A DNA stretch of 64,000 nucleotides from Candidatus Hydrogenedentota bacterium (GTDB lineage Bacteria; Hydrogenedentota; Hydrogenedentia; Hydrogenedentales; JAEUWI01), in contig JAXMOL010000025.1 of assembly GCA_034669905.1 (NCBI GenBank), positions 1-64,000 of the forward strand, given 5' to 3'. The notes under the pieces are model-generated. The model saw only the letters and a program-made list of their open reading frames with translations. It searched no databases and was not told the DNA's origin. How positions within the stretch are numbered: position 1 is the stretch's first letter; every line of letters starts with the position of its first letter. Positions 30,105 to 39,958 of the stretch are shown here, one piece after another. Both the position numbers and the translations under genes were made by a program.

Positions 30105-30275
30105 CTAGATCTTCTCCCCTAAGCCACAGAGCAAGGTGCCCTCATTCTTCACAACCACTATGGGGTGCCACGGACAGGCCCGGTAGGGTTTGTCCGTGCA
30201 ATCAGAGAGGTCTACCCGCAAGTCCATGCCAACACCACCCCTGTTCCCACCAACCGTACCCTTGGCAAACAACAT

Positions 30276-31685
30276 TTACTTTTCCTCCCCGATTACAACA
30301 TAATCCAGCCCGGCAAACTTCGCAAAGGCAGCCAGGGCATCCATACAATCGCCATACACCAACGCATTGTGGTGCGTACCCCCATGCTGGGAGTAGGCTT
30401 CCAGAAAAGCGGGCAAGGGCACCGCCGGTTTAATCCAGCCCCGTATCCAGTCTTTGTAGTCCGGATGGGTCCCATCCCCCATGACCGTCACCGGGGCCAC
30501 AATCAGCCCGAAGCTATCCTTCGGACCCGGCGCAATATTCACCAGCACGGCGTCCCCCGCCTGGGGCGCACAGGCCAGCGCCGCCGGATTTTGCGCGGGT
30601 GTAAAGGGGAACTCCTTTTCATAGAGCCGGGCTTTCCCGGCGGCCACCGCCGGATTAAATTCGCCCATGTGGGAAAGAAACACCGTGTCGCCCGCCCAGT
30701 CAGGACAAAACATTTCGGTAAAAGTCGTGGGCCCCATGGCCTTGCTGAGGGCCCCCACCAGTGCGGCGGTCAATACATCCCCTTCGCCCGCATAGCCCAG
30801 CCCCCGGGCCATGGCGTGGCCACATTCCAGGAAGGGCACGCGGTTCAACGGACCTTCCGCCTGGTCAAAGGCGAGGAAGTTCATGGAGAAGGCGTCGTAG
30901 TGGTTGCTTTCCAAATAGTGACGGAGTCCCAACCCGATCCGCGATGAGGCCCGACGCACGTCGTCCGGCGCATCCACGTCAAATCGCTCGTCTTCGGCTT
31001 TCAATTCCGATGCAATGGCTTCCTCCGAGACAGCTTCCACCGCGTCCAAAAGCTCGTCCGGTGCAATCTCGTCCACCAGTATTCCGAGTTTTGTGGAGAG
31101 CACCTTCTCGGGCACGTAAAAGTCCCCCATACCGGGAAAGGTAGGGCCGACGCGCAATACCCGTGTCGTGCCAAGCATGAAGGCCCCGTGGGCCCCGCGC
31201 AGCACAGCACACGCCCTGTCGAGCGTCACCTCATCGCTCAGATGGCCCGCCACCACCACGTAGTCTTTCCCACGACGACGCAGCATGGAAGCCAGATCCT
31301 GAAGCCCATGAATGCCATGGTTGTAGAGCAGCCGCATGGGATCCACATCGGGACCAAAGGCCACATCCGGCGTCGTATCCAACATGAGGAGAGGTAACGA
31401 TGTCGCCGATAGGGCGTCGACGGACTCTAGCGAAGGGGAATAGGTCAGGTGGAGCGTAACGATACAGTCCACCGCCTCCTCTTCAAAATACGACACGGCC
31501 TCCGCCACCTGCTCCGCCACGCGACAGATGGGAGCGGTCAACACTTCCACCGCCCGTCCCTCGAAGGCCTCCACCACATCGGCGAGAAAGGGCTCGAGCT
31601 CGCCACACAACGTAGGCACTGCCTCGTCATAGAGCCTCAGATAAAGGGGCAGTAAACCGATTCGGGGTTGGTCCATAACGCTCAT
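30276..31685 (-). CDS. L-arabinose/L-fucose isomerase-family sugar isomerase
   Basis: AraA-like metal-ligand motifs AGEGD, FTEM, SHMGE, GTHH. Confidence 0.8.
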   Translation of the reverse strand: MSVMDQPRIGLLPLYLRLYDEAVPTLCGELEPFLADVVEAFEGRAVEVLTAPICRVAEQVAEAVSYFEEEAVDCIVTLHLTYSPSLESVDALSATSLPLLMLDTTPDVAFGPDVDPMRLLYNHGIHGLQDLASMLRRRGKDYVVVAGHLSDEVTLDRACAVLRGAHGAFMLGTTRVLRVGPTFPGMGDFYVPEKVLSTKLGILVDEIAPDELLDAVEAVSEEAIASELKAEDERFDVDAPDDVRRASSRIGLGLRHYLESNHYDAFSMNFLAFDQAEGPLNRVPFLECGHAMARGLGYAGEGDVLTAALVGALSKAMGPTTFTEMFCPDWAGDTVFLSHMGEFNPAVAAGKARLYEKEFPFTPAQNPAALACAPQAGDAVLVNIAPGPKDSFGLIVAPVTVMGDGTHPDYKDWIRGWIKPAVPLPAFLEAYSQHGGTHHNALVYGDCMDALAAFAKFAGLDYVVIGEEK

Positions 31686-33166
31686 CAGGAATTCCGGTTC
31701 TCCACGGCATAGGGCTGACCCGCCGTTACGTGACTATACAGGCGATTGAACGCCTCAAGATACTGTGCATACCCCCCCATCAGGGCGTCCTGGTCCACAC
31801 CACCACCGCGAATTCGGCGCACCTTCGCCTGCGACACCTGGCCACCAAAGGCGTGCAAGACGCCTCGGGTTCCCATCCACGCAGCATCTTCCACCTGATG
31901 GACCGATGCCCCCGCAAACAAGCCGCTAACACAGGACTGAAAATTGAGCCCCTGGCTGGCACCCCCACTGAGCACCACGCTGTCGATGCTACCGCTTCCT
32001 TTCACGGCCTCGAAGACCCGGGCCAATTCATAGCACATGCCCGCCGCCACCGCCCGGATCATTTCTGCCCGGTCTGTGGAAGGTCCCATACCCAGCAAGC
32101 ACGCGCTGCCGAGAAAATCCGGGGCCAGCGCATTGGGGCGGTTGAGCCAGGGCAGGGCCACCAGCCCTTCGGCAGGCAGCACAGCCGACGTAAATATCGC
32201 CCGTTGTTTTTCCAGCGCACGCCGGTTGTTTCGATCCACAAACTGTTCCAACGCCCAGTCCCAGGTCACATTGCCCGTTAACAGGGGCTGGATAACCAGT
32301 TGCCCCGGGGCATGGGGTGCGGGAATGGCAAATTGAAAGGGCGACGTACCCGTCATTTTTTCGGGCAAACAGAAGTTTCCGACCCACGCCGTCCCGAGGG
32401 AACATTGGAGCGGACGTTTCGAAACATGGGCCACGGAGAGAAATCCCGCTTCGTGGTCCATATAGGGACCCGCCACCGGAATCCCCACAGGCAAGCCAAA
32501 GCGCTTGGCCCCGGCCGCCGACAAGGGCACCGTTTCATGGCCAGCACGGAGGGGGGCGAAAAAATCGGTCGTGCAATCGGCCAGGGCGGCGAGTTCCTTG
32601 CTCAGGGCATTCCGCCGCGAATCGTAGACCCCAATCTGCATGGCATTGCAGACATCCTGACGCCACACACCCGTGAACTGATGAAAGGCATATTCACCCG
32701 CCCCCACGTAGATATTCTTATCGTGAAAAAGTGCCGGGTGCCGTTCGGACAGCCAGGCCACACGGGCCAGCCCCATACCCGGCTCGTCGCGCTGGGTCCG
32801 GGTGCGCCAATAGCGGGCCGGCTTGGATGCCGTCAGGGTTTGATACTCGGAAAAGGCCCGGCCATCGTTCCAGAGCATCATGGGGGTGTGGGCCATACCG
32901 GTCTCCCGGTCGGCAATGATCGTGCTCCCCCCCTGGGCGGCCAGCGCCACACCACGGACCCGTTCCAAACCACCAAGGGCCTTGCCCACATGGCGAACCG
33001 CCTGACGCAGCACACGGGCCACCACTTCAGGAGATTGCTCCCGCCGTCCGGTGGCATCCGTTTCCACAGGGAGACGGCGCTCGACCCCGTGAAGCAGGGT
33101 CCCGGCCTCCCGGTCGTAGGCGGCCACTTTCAGGGCCGTCGTGCCCAGATCAATGCCAATCAGCAT
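31685..33166 (-). CDS. FGGY-family carbohydrate kinase
   Basis: IGIDLGTT, LWNDGR, SLGTA, LSGGAS; overlaps both neighbouring genes. Confidence 0.87.
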   Translation of the reverse strand: MLIGIDLGTTALKVAAYDREAGTLLHGVERRLPVETDATGRREQSPEVVARVLRQAVRHVGKALGGLERVRGVALAAQGGSTIIADRETGMAHTPMMLWNDGRAFSEYQTLTASKPARYWRTRTQRDEPGMGLARVAWLSERHPALFHDKNIYVGAGEYAFHQFTGVWRQDVCNAMQIGVYDSRRNALSKELAALADCTTDFFAPLRAGHETVPLSAAGAKRFGLPVGIPVAGPYMDHEAGFLSVAHVSKRPLQCSLGTAWVGNFCLPEKMTGTSPFQFAIPAPHAPGQLVIQPLLTGNVTWDWALEQFVDRNNRRALEKQRAIFTSAVLPAEGLVALPWLNRPNALAPDFLGSACLLGMGPSTDRAEMIRAVAAGMCYELARVFEAVKGSGSIDSVVLSGGASQGLNFQSCVSGLFAGASVHQVEDAAWMGTRGVLHAFGGQVSQAKVRRIRGGGVDQDALMGGYAQYLEAFNRLYSHVTAGQPYAVENRNS

Positions 33167-33960
33167 GCCTTCCCCCCGCTCACATAGTGCACGTGCTTTA
33201 CGCAGTCATCCAGCCAGCTTCGGTCGGCCGCCGCCACCCCGTTGTCGACGATGATGTGGTCGATGGCATGCCAGTCGGCAAATTTCACAAAGGAGGTGCG
33301 GCTCAACTTGCGGCTGTCGGAAACCAGTACCGTCTCTTCCGCCACGTCGATCATCGCTTCCGACACCCGGGCAATGCCCAGATCCGTCGTATAGAGTCCC
33401 CGTTCGTCGAGGGCGTCGGCTCCCAGGATCGCCAGGTCCACGCGAAACTTCCGCAGGTTATCCTCGGTCAGACTGCCGCTCAGATCCGGGCTGTTACTCC
33501 GCACATTCCCGCCAAGTAACACCACCTCCATCTGCGGAAAGGTATGGAGCGCCGATGCGACAGCCAGGGAGGACGTCAACACCTGCAGGCCGTCTACATT
33601 CCCCAGCGCACGGGCCACCTCCAGCGTTGTCGTCCCCGTATCAATGACAATCCGCATGCCCGGTGCCACCATGGCAGCCGCCGCACGGGCAATCGCCCGT
33701 TTCTCGGCAATGCTCGTGCGATTCCGTTCCAGAAAAGCAAACTCGGCCACCGACTGCTTCGAAAAAATCGCCCCGCCATGGGTCCGGGTCAACGCGTTCT
33801 GTCCTTCGAGGGCTTCCAGATCACGCCGAATGGTCATGGGCGTCACGTCAAACTCGGTCGCCAACTCCAGCACAAAGACTTCTCCCTCCGACGAAAGGCG
33901 CTCAAGGATGGCGCTCCGTCGGGTGGTGGCAGTCTGTTTTTTGTGCGTGCCGTTTTTCAC
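33160..33960 (-). CDS. DeoR/GlpR-family transcriptional regulator
   Basis: HTH FDVTPMTIRRDL..RTHGGA; sensor domain DTGTTT, LLGG, DSRKL. Confidence 0.95.
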   Translation of the reverse strand: MKNGTHKKQTATTRRSAILERLSSEGEVFVLELATEFDVTPMTIRRDLEALEGQNALTRTHGGAIFSKQSVAEFAFLERNRTSIAEKRAIARAAAAMVAPGMRIVIDTGTTTLEVARALGNVDGLQVLTSSLAVASALHTFPQMEVVLLGGNVRSNSPDLSGSLTEDNLRKFRVDLAILGADALDERGLYTTDLGIARVSEAMIDVAEETVLVSDSRKLSRTSFVKFADWHAIDHIIVDNGVAAADRSWLDDCVKHVHYVSGGKAC

Positions 33961-33969
33961 TGGACCTCT

Positions 33970-35550
33970 CTACACGTTCACGGGCGCGTCGGTAAACTGT
34001 GCCAGCGTCTGGCTGACCTTATCCACCACGAAGTCCACCAACCCGTGATCGGCGATGAGGGGCAACTTGGTCAACAGGGCCGGGGGACAATCCGCCTTGT
34101 AGGTCTGGGCGCTGATATCCAGTCCCTTTTCCACCAGGGCCGCAGCGATCGCCTTGGCCGACGCCAGATCGCGCACATACAGGGTCGACATGTGACCGTA
34201 GCCTTCGACGGCGGTGATAATCCCGTCATATTCCTGCGCCACCGCCCGCAAACGCTCCGCAAAATATTCGCCCACCGAACGAGTCACCTCGGCATTGGCC
34301 TTCGCCCAAGTCAGGGTAATGAGGTAAGCCAACGAAGCCAACTCTTCCTGCCCATTCGTCACGAGGGCACCAAATTGGGGCAAGGCGTTGTCCATCGTGG
34401 CGCTGAAGATAATTCGGGACGCCGGATACTCCCCGCCGGGGAAGCCTTTCCCCACCGAAACAAACGTGGGCTTCAGGCCATAATCCCGGAACATGAATAT
34501 CTCGTGGTTCCAGATACACGATTGAATTTCATCACACACCGTGGGCACGTCGTGCTGGGCACACAGGGCATAGGCGGCATGGAGGAATTCCCGCGTCAGC
34601 AGGAGCCCCCCGTAGTTCATCATAACGATCTCATGAAAGAATCCGGCGATCTGTGTCGTGTCCGTGTTGTATTCCGCGAAGACCCGGGCAAGATCGTCGT
34701 GATTGTTCGGACGCACCGTGACCACTTGGAACGCACCGACTGATTCGAGCCGCTGCGCCAACTCGGGCCACATGCCCCGCATGATCTGGGTCAAGATCGT
34801 CGTGCCGTGGTAATTGCCACCCAATCCACCTTCTTCATCGCCCACCACCAGAATCACGGGCGTTTTCCCGGCGTGTTTGGGAGCCGCCATGCCCGGCTGC
34901 ACCCGATAAAAACGGGCCAGAATCATCTTGAGCGCCGCTTCCAACGCCAGACTACCGGTCTCCAGGTTGAGCACCCGGTTCATCACGTTCAGCTCGCGGG
35001 TCGCCAACACCGATTCAAGACCCGATTCATCGTCGAATTCGAGACCATTCGCCGTGGCCACCAGCGCCTGTTCCATGAGCCGGGTAATGTGTCCCCGCGT
35101 ATTGTTATGGGTCGCATTGGGAATACCCAGGCTTCGGGCATGCTCGATAAGTTGGTAACCGGGGAAACGGTGCCCCAGCGACGCGTGGTAGTGTTCGCTT
35201 TTCGTCGTCAGGTAAAGCCGGCCATTTTCGCCAATGCGATAGGGACCCAGCCCACTCACAGGGGCCAACGCGGTCTTGGTCGCCCCATTGAAACTGTCTA
35301 TGGACGCACCGGCCGAAGTTTCCGAACGCACCCCAACGATCACCTGTTCCCCCACCTGCTCGCGCAACGCCGCAATCCGCGCCTGAAACGCTGACGGGAA
35401 AAAGTCTACCGCCGTGCGGCCTGTCTCGGACAGATCAGACTCGGACACGCCATGGAGAAACGCATGACCACAACTGGCCATCGCCACATAGGCATCGCCA
35501 CAAAGGTCCGCGAGGGACAGAGACACCGGGACAAATTCCGTTTGCTTCAC
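33970..35550 (-). CDS. Class III (omega) PLP-dependent aminotransferase, divergent
   Basis: SLGH, TGSLALEAALK, NYHGTT, CDEIQS, VSVGKGF (PLP lysine); GTG start. Confidence 0.85.
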   Translation of the reverse strand: MKQTEFVPVSLSLADLCGDAYVAMASCGHAFLHGVSESDLSETGRTAVDFFPSAFQARIAALREQVGEQVIVGVRSETSAGASIDSFNGATKTALAPVSGLGPYRIGENGRLYLTTKSEHYHASLGHRFPGYQLIEHARSLGIPNATHNNTRGHITRLMEQALVATANGLEFDDESGLESVLATRELNVMNRVLNLETGSLALEAALKMILARFYRVQPGMAAPKHAGKTPVILVVGDEEGGLGGNYHGTTILTQIMRGMWPELAQRLESVGAFQVVTVRPNNHDDLARVFAEYNTDTTQIAGFFHEIVMMNYGGLLLTREFLHAAYALCAQHDVPTVCDEIQSCIWNHEIFMFRDYGLKPTFVSVGKGFPGGEYPASRIIFSATMDNALPQFGALVTNGQEELASLAYLITLTWAKANAEVTRSVGEYFAERLRAVAQEYDGIITAVEGYGHMSTLYVRDLASAKAIAAALVEKGLDISAQTYKADCPPALLTKLPLIADHGLVDFVVDKVSQTLAQFTDAPVNV

Positions 35551-35577
35551 GGGGAGAACTCCAGGGGGGTTGGCACA

Positions 35578-35607
35578 AATGTTCTTTAATGTTCGATTAT
35601 GTGCTTT
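35578..35607. promoter_or_regulatory. Putative DeoR/GlpR-type operator: three 10-bp direct repeats
   Basis: AATGTTCTTT AATGTTCGAT TATGTGCTTT, about 30 bp upstream of the operon that encodes DeoR; resembles GlpR-type WATGTTCGWT sites. Confidence 0.55.
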
Positions 35608-35806
35608 AGAATATCCGAGACGCCATCAGAAATCAAGCGCCAATTCCAAATCGTCGCCGGTGCGCGGGGCTCAGGCGCCCTTCAATTATATACGCAACAC
35701 CACATTACTGTTATGTCAGATTTACTTACCACTAGGTAGTGTAAGCTAAATTATACAACTCCCGATCCACCGGCCCAGCCTCAATACGACACACCCAGAA
35801 TATCTC

Positions 35807-35835
35807 TTGACAAGCAATCTACGGTGAAGTATAAA
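35807..35835 (+). promoter_or_regulatory. sigma70-type promoter for the DUF1559 gene
   Basis: TTGACA (35807-35812), 17-bp spacer, TATAAA (35830-35835), in an AT-rich divergent intergenic region. Confidence 0.65.
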
Positions 35836-36046
35836 GACTAAAGAACTTTTCAAATATTTCGACTTTTGTCCTAGCTCACTATGTAAGCAATTCTTAACGC
35901 GCACATAGTTGTTGGCCAGGCGGACAACAGGAAAGGAGGGGCCTATAGCGTTTTAAACAAAATACGGAAATCTGTGCACCGATATCGCGCGTTGGGTGCG
36001 ATAGCTGCGGCAATCGACAATTCGGATTCTTAAAGGAGAACGTATC

Positions 36047-36997
36047 ATGGGTACGCAAGCTGGGGACAAGCGAACAGGCTTTACCTTGATCGAGTTATTG
36101 GTAGTGATTGCAATCATCGGAATTCTGGCGGCGATTTTATTGCCCGCCTTGGCGCGAGCACGGGAGGCAGCCCGCCGTGCTTCCTGTCAGAACAATCTCA
36201 AGCAGATGGGACTTGTCTGCAAAATGTACGCCAATGAGTCCCCAGGTGAACTGTGGCCCACCTGCGGTAAGTACGATAAAGATGCCTGTGGCGAATTTGA
36301 TATGAACGCCTATCAGATCGACATGCACGCCCTCTATCCCGAATACATGACCGACGTGTTTATCTGGGTCTGTCCTTCGGATGCAGATGGTGTTAAAGCC
36401 GAACAAGGTCGCTGGAATGTGGACAGCGATCCGAGCAAGCCCATCGCTCCCTGTGAAATTGATGACCTTTGCTACATCTACCATAGCTGGATCATCGATC
36501 CCCAATGGCTCGTACCAGCTGGCACCGACGTCAATAGCGTCACCGGTGCCGGGGATCTCGACCTCTCCCTGCCGCTAGCCTTCGGAGACTTTATCGACGA
36601 CTGGGGCACCGCCTACAACATCGACCCCGGCAGCCCCGCCGAAAACACCACACCCGCCTGGGTAACGGATCCGGTCAAGCATGCCGCCGGCCTGCCCTCC
36701 TTCGATAAGAATATTAACGCGACACTGACCTCGGGTGAAGACGTTTCTATGCTCCGCTTCCGCGAAGGTATCGAACGCTTCATGATTACCGACATCAACA
36801 ATCCCGCCGGTGCTGCGATGGCGCAAAGCCAGATCTGGGTCATTTATGATGACTACGACATCGAGCATCCCGATTGGATGAACCACATTCCCGGTGGCGG
36901 AAACATCCTCTACATGGACGGGCACGTAGAATTTGCCAAGCTTGGCCAGGACGACGGTCCGTACAGCAAGGCATTCGCCTGGTTCAAGACCCTGTAG
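36047..36997 (+). CDS. Prepilin-type N-terminal cleavage/methylation protein with DUF1559 and H-X9-DG motif
   Basis: [67 protein letters not shown]. Confidence 0.93.
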   Translation: MGTQAGDKRTGFTLIELLVVIAIIGILAAILLPALARAREAARRASCQNNLKQMGLVCKMYANESPGELWPTCGKYDKDACGEFDMNAYQIDMHALYPEYMTDVFIWVCPSDADGVKAEQGRWNVDSDPSKPIAPCEIDDLCYIYHSWIIDPQWLVPAGTDVNSVTGAGDLDLSLPLAFGDFIDDWGTAYNIDPGSPAENTTPAWVTDPVKHAAGLPSFDKNINATLTSGEDVSMLRFREGIERFMITDINNPAGAAMAQSQIWVIYDDYDIEHPDWMNHIPGGGNILYMDGHVEFAKLGQDDGPYSKAFAWFKTL

Positions 36998-37033
36998 CGG
37001 GGACAAGCGGCGCACACAACAGCAATACGATAG

Positions 37034-37068
37034 AAGGCACCCCAAGCCATCGGGGTGCCTTTACGTTT
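37034..37068 (+). terminator. Terminator hairpin after the DUF1559 gene
   Basis: 10-bp stem AAGGCACCCC / GGGGTGCCTT with a T-rich tail. Confidence 0.6.
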
Positions 37069-37169
37069 CAGGGGATACGTTCGATGGGCCAGGACGGCGA
37101 ATGAACCCCAGCCCGTAGCGGACGTAGTAGTGTGTGAACCAGTGCACTCACTACCCGCGAGAGGTCCGA

Positions 37170-37856
37170 ATGATACAAAAACATGCCAGAAGTCTATTCA
37201 GGAAAGCCCCCGTCCCGGCCATGTTGCTCGTCCTGTTCATACTTGGCGCGTGCCACCAAACGGCACAAGACAAGACGCAGACGCTTGCCGCCGAGGTGGT
37301 CAACCGCTCCGACCGCCACCTGCTCGAACTCGTTGCACAAGGAGACACCGGACACCCGGTAGACATCCTGAAGAAGCGCGTCAGCGACTACGACGAAACG
37401 CAAATGGCGGATTTTACCGAAGCCGTCTTGAAAGAAGCCGTGCGCCAACGGCCTGCATTTTCCTATCGAAACGAATTCCTCGTTGCCTCAAAGGCTTTTT
37501 TGCCCGAGGAAATATTTGATGGACTCTACGCCGAGGCCTTCCGACGACAGTGGGAGGAAGCCGCCCCCGTCCTGAACTATATTCACGCGAACGCCCGTGC
37601 GAACGCCGAAATCCCCACCACCAACCTGGCGCTCCTTAAGCACTACTATCTAAAGCTGAAGGACCCCACCCACTACCTCGTACTGCACCCGCTAGACCCG
37701 ACCATGAACTGCTTAAACGAGCCCACGGCTACGTCATTGCAGCAGCAAATTCGTCAGATACTCGCCCAATGCGGAGCCCCGGGAGTCACCGTGCTGGCAG
37801 AGCTCGATAGAACCAAAACCCAGCGCCATGCCCTGGCCGGCAAGGAAAAGACGTGA
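37170..37856 (+). CDS. Hypothetical lipoprotein
   Basis: Hydrophobic stretch ending in lipobox LGAC; helical-looking sequence with no recognised family. Confidence 0.55.
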   Translation: MIQKHARSLFRKAPVPAMLLVLFILGACHQTAQDKTQTLAAEVVNRSDRHLLELVAQGDTGHPVDILKKRVSDYDETQMADFTEAVLKEAVRQRPAFSYRNEFLVASKAFLPEEIFDGLYAEAFRRQWEEAAPVLNYIHANARANAEIPTTNLALLKHYYLKLKDPTHYLVLHPLDPTMNCLNEPTATSLQQQIRQILAQCGAPGVTVLAELDRTKTQRHALAGKEKT

Positions 37857-38111
37857 CCCTGCGCCAAGGGCCAATTGTCCCCCCTCCCGTGTGTTTCCGT
37901 GCCTTCCGTGGTAGATACACCAACGTCCTCATACGGACCGCAGATTACCCCCTACCTGATACGAAACACCTGACAGGAAGCCCAGCGCCACGCCCTGGCC
38001 ACCAGGACGGCCCCATAACCCCACGCCAATAGACCAACGTGCCCCTTTACCGTGTATTTCCGTACTATCCGTTTTGTCCGTGGTCAATCATGTTGATTGC
38101 TATCCAGTGCT

Positions 38112-38250
38112 TTCTCACCACAGAGAACCGAAGAGAATATTTCGTCTCAGCGTTCCCGTTCATTTGCGGCCAATAAACTTCGTGTGAATTCGTGTTCATT
38201 CGTGGTTCAACTTTTTTGGGTTGCGGCCAACGGCTGCGCCAGGCCTTCCG
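38112..38250. repeat. Decamer-periodic intergenic element, copy 4 (related TCCGTG arrays at 37887-37912 and 38048-38084)
   Basis: ttctcaccacagagaac..gaatatt..gcggccaataaacttcgtgtgaattcgtgttcattcgtggttcaactttttt..gcggccaacgg. Confidence 0.8.
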
Positions 38251-38483
38251 TGGTATATAAACCAACGCCCCCGCCGAATCACCAGGTTGACTGCACGCCA
38301 TCGGGGGCGTAAGATATTAGGTATGTGGCCGATGCGGTATTGGTCGCCTCCACAATTCGATTCCATACGCCGCGACGTGACGCTCCCACGGGAGACCGAC
38401 GCTGTGTTTCCCCTTTTCCACGTGCCAGATAGGCGTTGCAGTATTTTGCGTTTGGAAGGGCACCGAAACAGGGTTTTTACCAA

Positions 38484-39653
38484 ATGAAGTTGGATGCCAC
38501 ATTCAGTGTGACCTATGCGCATCAGCTCCGATGCACGCACGGTGTGTTTCGCTCCGAAAACCACCTCCTTGCCGAATTGCTCCCCCACCGTGACGGCCCG
38601 TCTGCCCGTGTCCTTGTCTTCGTCGACGAAGGCCTGGCCCAGGCCAATCCCGACTATGTGGCGGCTATCCCGGCGTGGTTTTCCACCCATTCTGACGTGG
38701 CCACGTTGGCAGCCCCGCCCCAGGTTTTGCCCGGCGGGGAAGTCGCCAAGCGCGACCGGAAGACCCTCGACCACGTCCTCGAAGTCATCAGTGAAGCCCA
38801 CATCTGCCGCCATTCCTATGTCCTGGTCGTCGGCGGCGGTGCCCTCCTCGACTGCGTGGGCCTCGCGGCCTCCCTCGCCCACCGGGGCGTACGTCTCATT
38901 CGCGTCGCCACCACCACCCTGAGCCAATCCGATTCGGCGCTGGGTGTAAAAAACGGCATCAATGCCTTCGATCAGAAGAACTACCTCGGTGTCTATGACG
39001 TGCCCTTTGCGGTTATCCACGACGAGGCAACCCTCGACACCCTGGGCGACGGAGATTGGTACGCGGGATTCAGTGAAGCGGTCAAGGTCGCCCTCCTGAA
39101 AGACCCCGAACTCTTTGAAACCATCGAACGGGATGCCGACGCCATCTGCCAACGGGACACCGCCACGGCCATCCCCGTGTTGCGCGCTTCCGCCAGGCAT
39201 CACTTCGATCACATTACCAAAAATGGCGACCCCTTCGAACGGGGTGACGCACGGCCCCTCGACTTCGGCCATTGGGCCGCCCACAAGCTGGAGCAAATGA
39301 GCCATTACGAAATCCGCCACGGTGCCGCCGTGGCCATCGGACTGGCCCTCGACGTAACCTACGCCCGCCTTCAGGGCTGGCTCGACGAAGCGCCCCACGA
39401 ACGGATTCTTCACACCCTTGAGCGCCTCGGCTTCGTCCTGCAACATCCCTTGCTGCAAGAACGAGACACCCTCATGGGGGGCCTGGCCGACTTTCAGGAA
39501 CATCTCGGCGGTGTGCGCTCCATCCCCATGATTCGCGATATCGGAGTCGCCTTCGAAGTACACGAAATCGACGAAGCCGTCATGGCCCGGGCACTCGACT
39601 GGCTCAACGCCTGGGAGCCTGCGACCACCGCTTCGGGAAGGAGCAGCGTATGA
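38484..39653 (+). CDS. eboD: 3-dehydroquinate synthase-like sugar-phosphate cyclase (EboD type)
   Basis: GGE..K, GGGALLD, TTLSQSDS..GVKN, EAVKVALLKD, PFERG.ARPLDFGHWAAHKLE, HG.AV; neighbours a TatD/EboB gene. Confidence 0.8.
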   Translation: MKLDATFSVTYAHQLRCTHGVFRSENHLLAELLPHRDGPSARVLVFVDEGLAQANPDYVAAIPAWFSTHSDVATLAAPPQVLPGGEVAKRDRKTLDHVLEVISEAHICRHSYVLVVGGGALLDCVGLAASLAHRGVRLIRVATTTLSQSDSALGVKNGINAFDQKNYLGVYDVPFAVIHDEATLDTLGDGDWYAGFSEAVKVALLKDPELFETIERDADAICQRDTATAIPVLRASARHHFDHITKNGDPFERGDARPLDFGHWAAHKLEQMSHYEIRHGAAVAIGLALDVTYARLQGWLDEAPHERILHTLERLGFVLQHPLLQERDTLMGGLADFQEHLGGVRSIPMIRDIGVAFEVHEIDEAVMARALDWLNAWEPATTASGRSSV

Positions 39654-39958
39654 AATACGACGTCAGTTGTCCCCTCTCCTATGGGGAAATCGTAGATCAC
39701 TACTTCCTAGAGCACCGCGCGAAACTTATCGACATCGCCGCATTCCTCGATCGCCTGGAACGGGCTTCCGATGGTACCCCCGCCCATGAGGACTTCCGGG
39801 TCACCGCCCTCCGCGACGCCCTCGCCCTTTTGAGTGATGGCCAGGGCGAACGGGCCAAACGGGTCCTCGCCCACCTCAGCGACGACCGCGAAGCCCTGTC
39901 CGAAACAGCCGCCGGCACCAAAGGGGCCCTCGGTGCCGCGCCGGAGTCGTCCAAATGA
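39650..39958 (+). CDS. Small helical hypothetical protein inside the ebo operon
   Basis: 102 aa; ATGA overlaps with both flanking genes; YFLEHRAKLIDIAAFLDRLER. Confidence 0.75.
   Translation: MKYDVSCPLSYGEIVDHYFLEHRAKLIDIAAFLDRLERASDGTPAHEDFRVTALRDALALLSDGQGERAKRVLAHLSDDREALSETAAGTKGALGAAPESSK

Noticed and set aside
36047..36997. Type IV pilin or type II secretion system locus
   Set aside because: Single DUF1559/H-X9-DG gene of a large paralog family; no assembly genes nearby.
38484..39653. Calling this gene aroB of the shikimate pathway
   Set aside because: ARPLDFGHWAAHKLE and the TatD neighbour fit the EboD subfamily; no other aro genes nearby.
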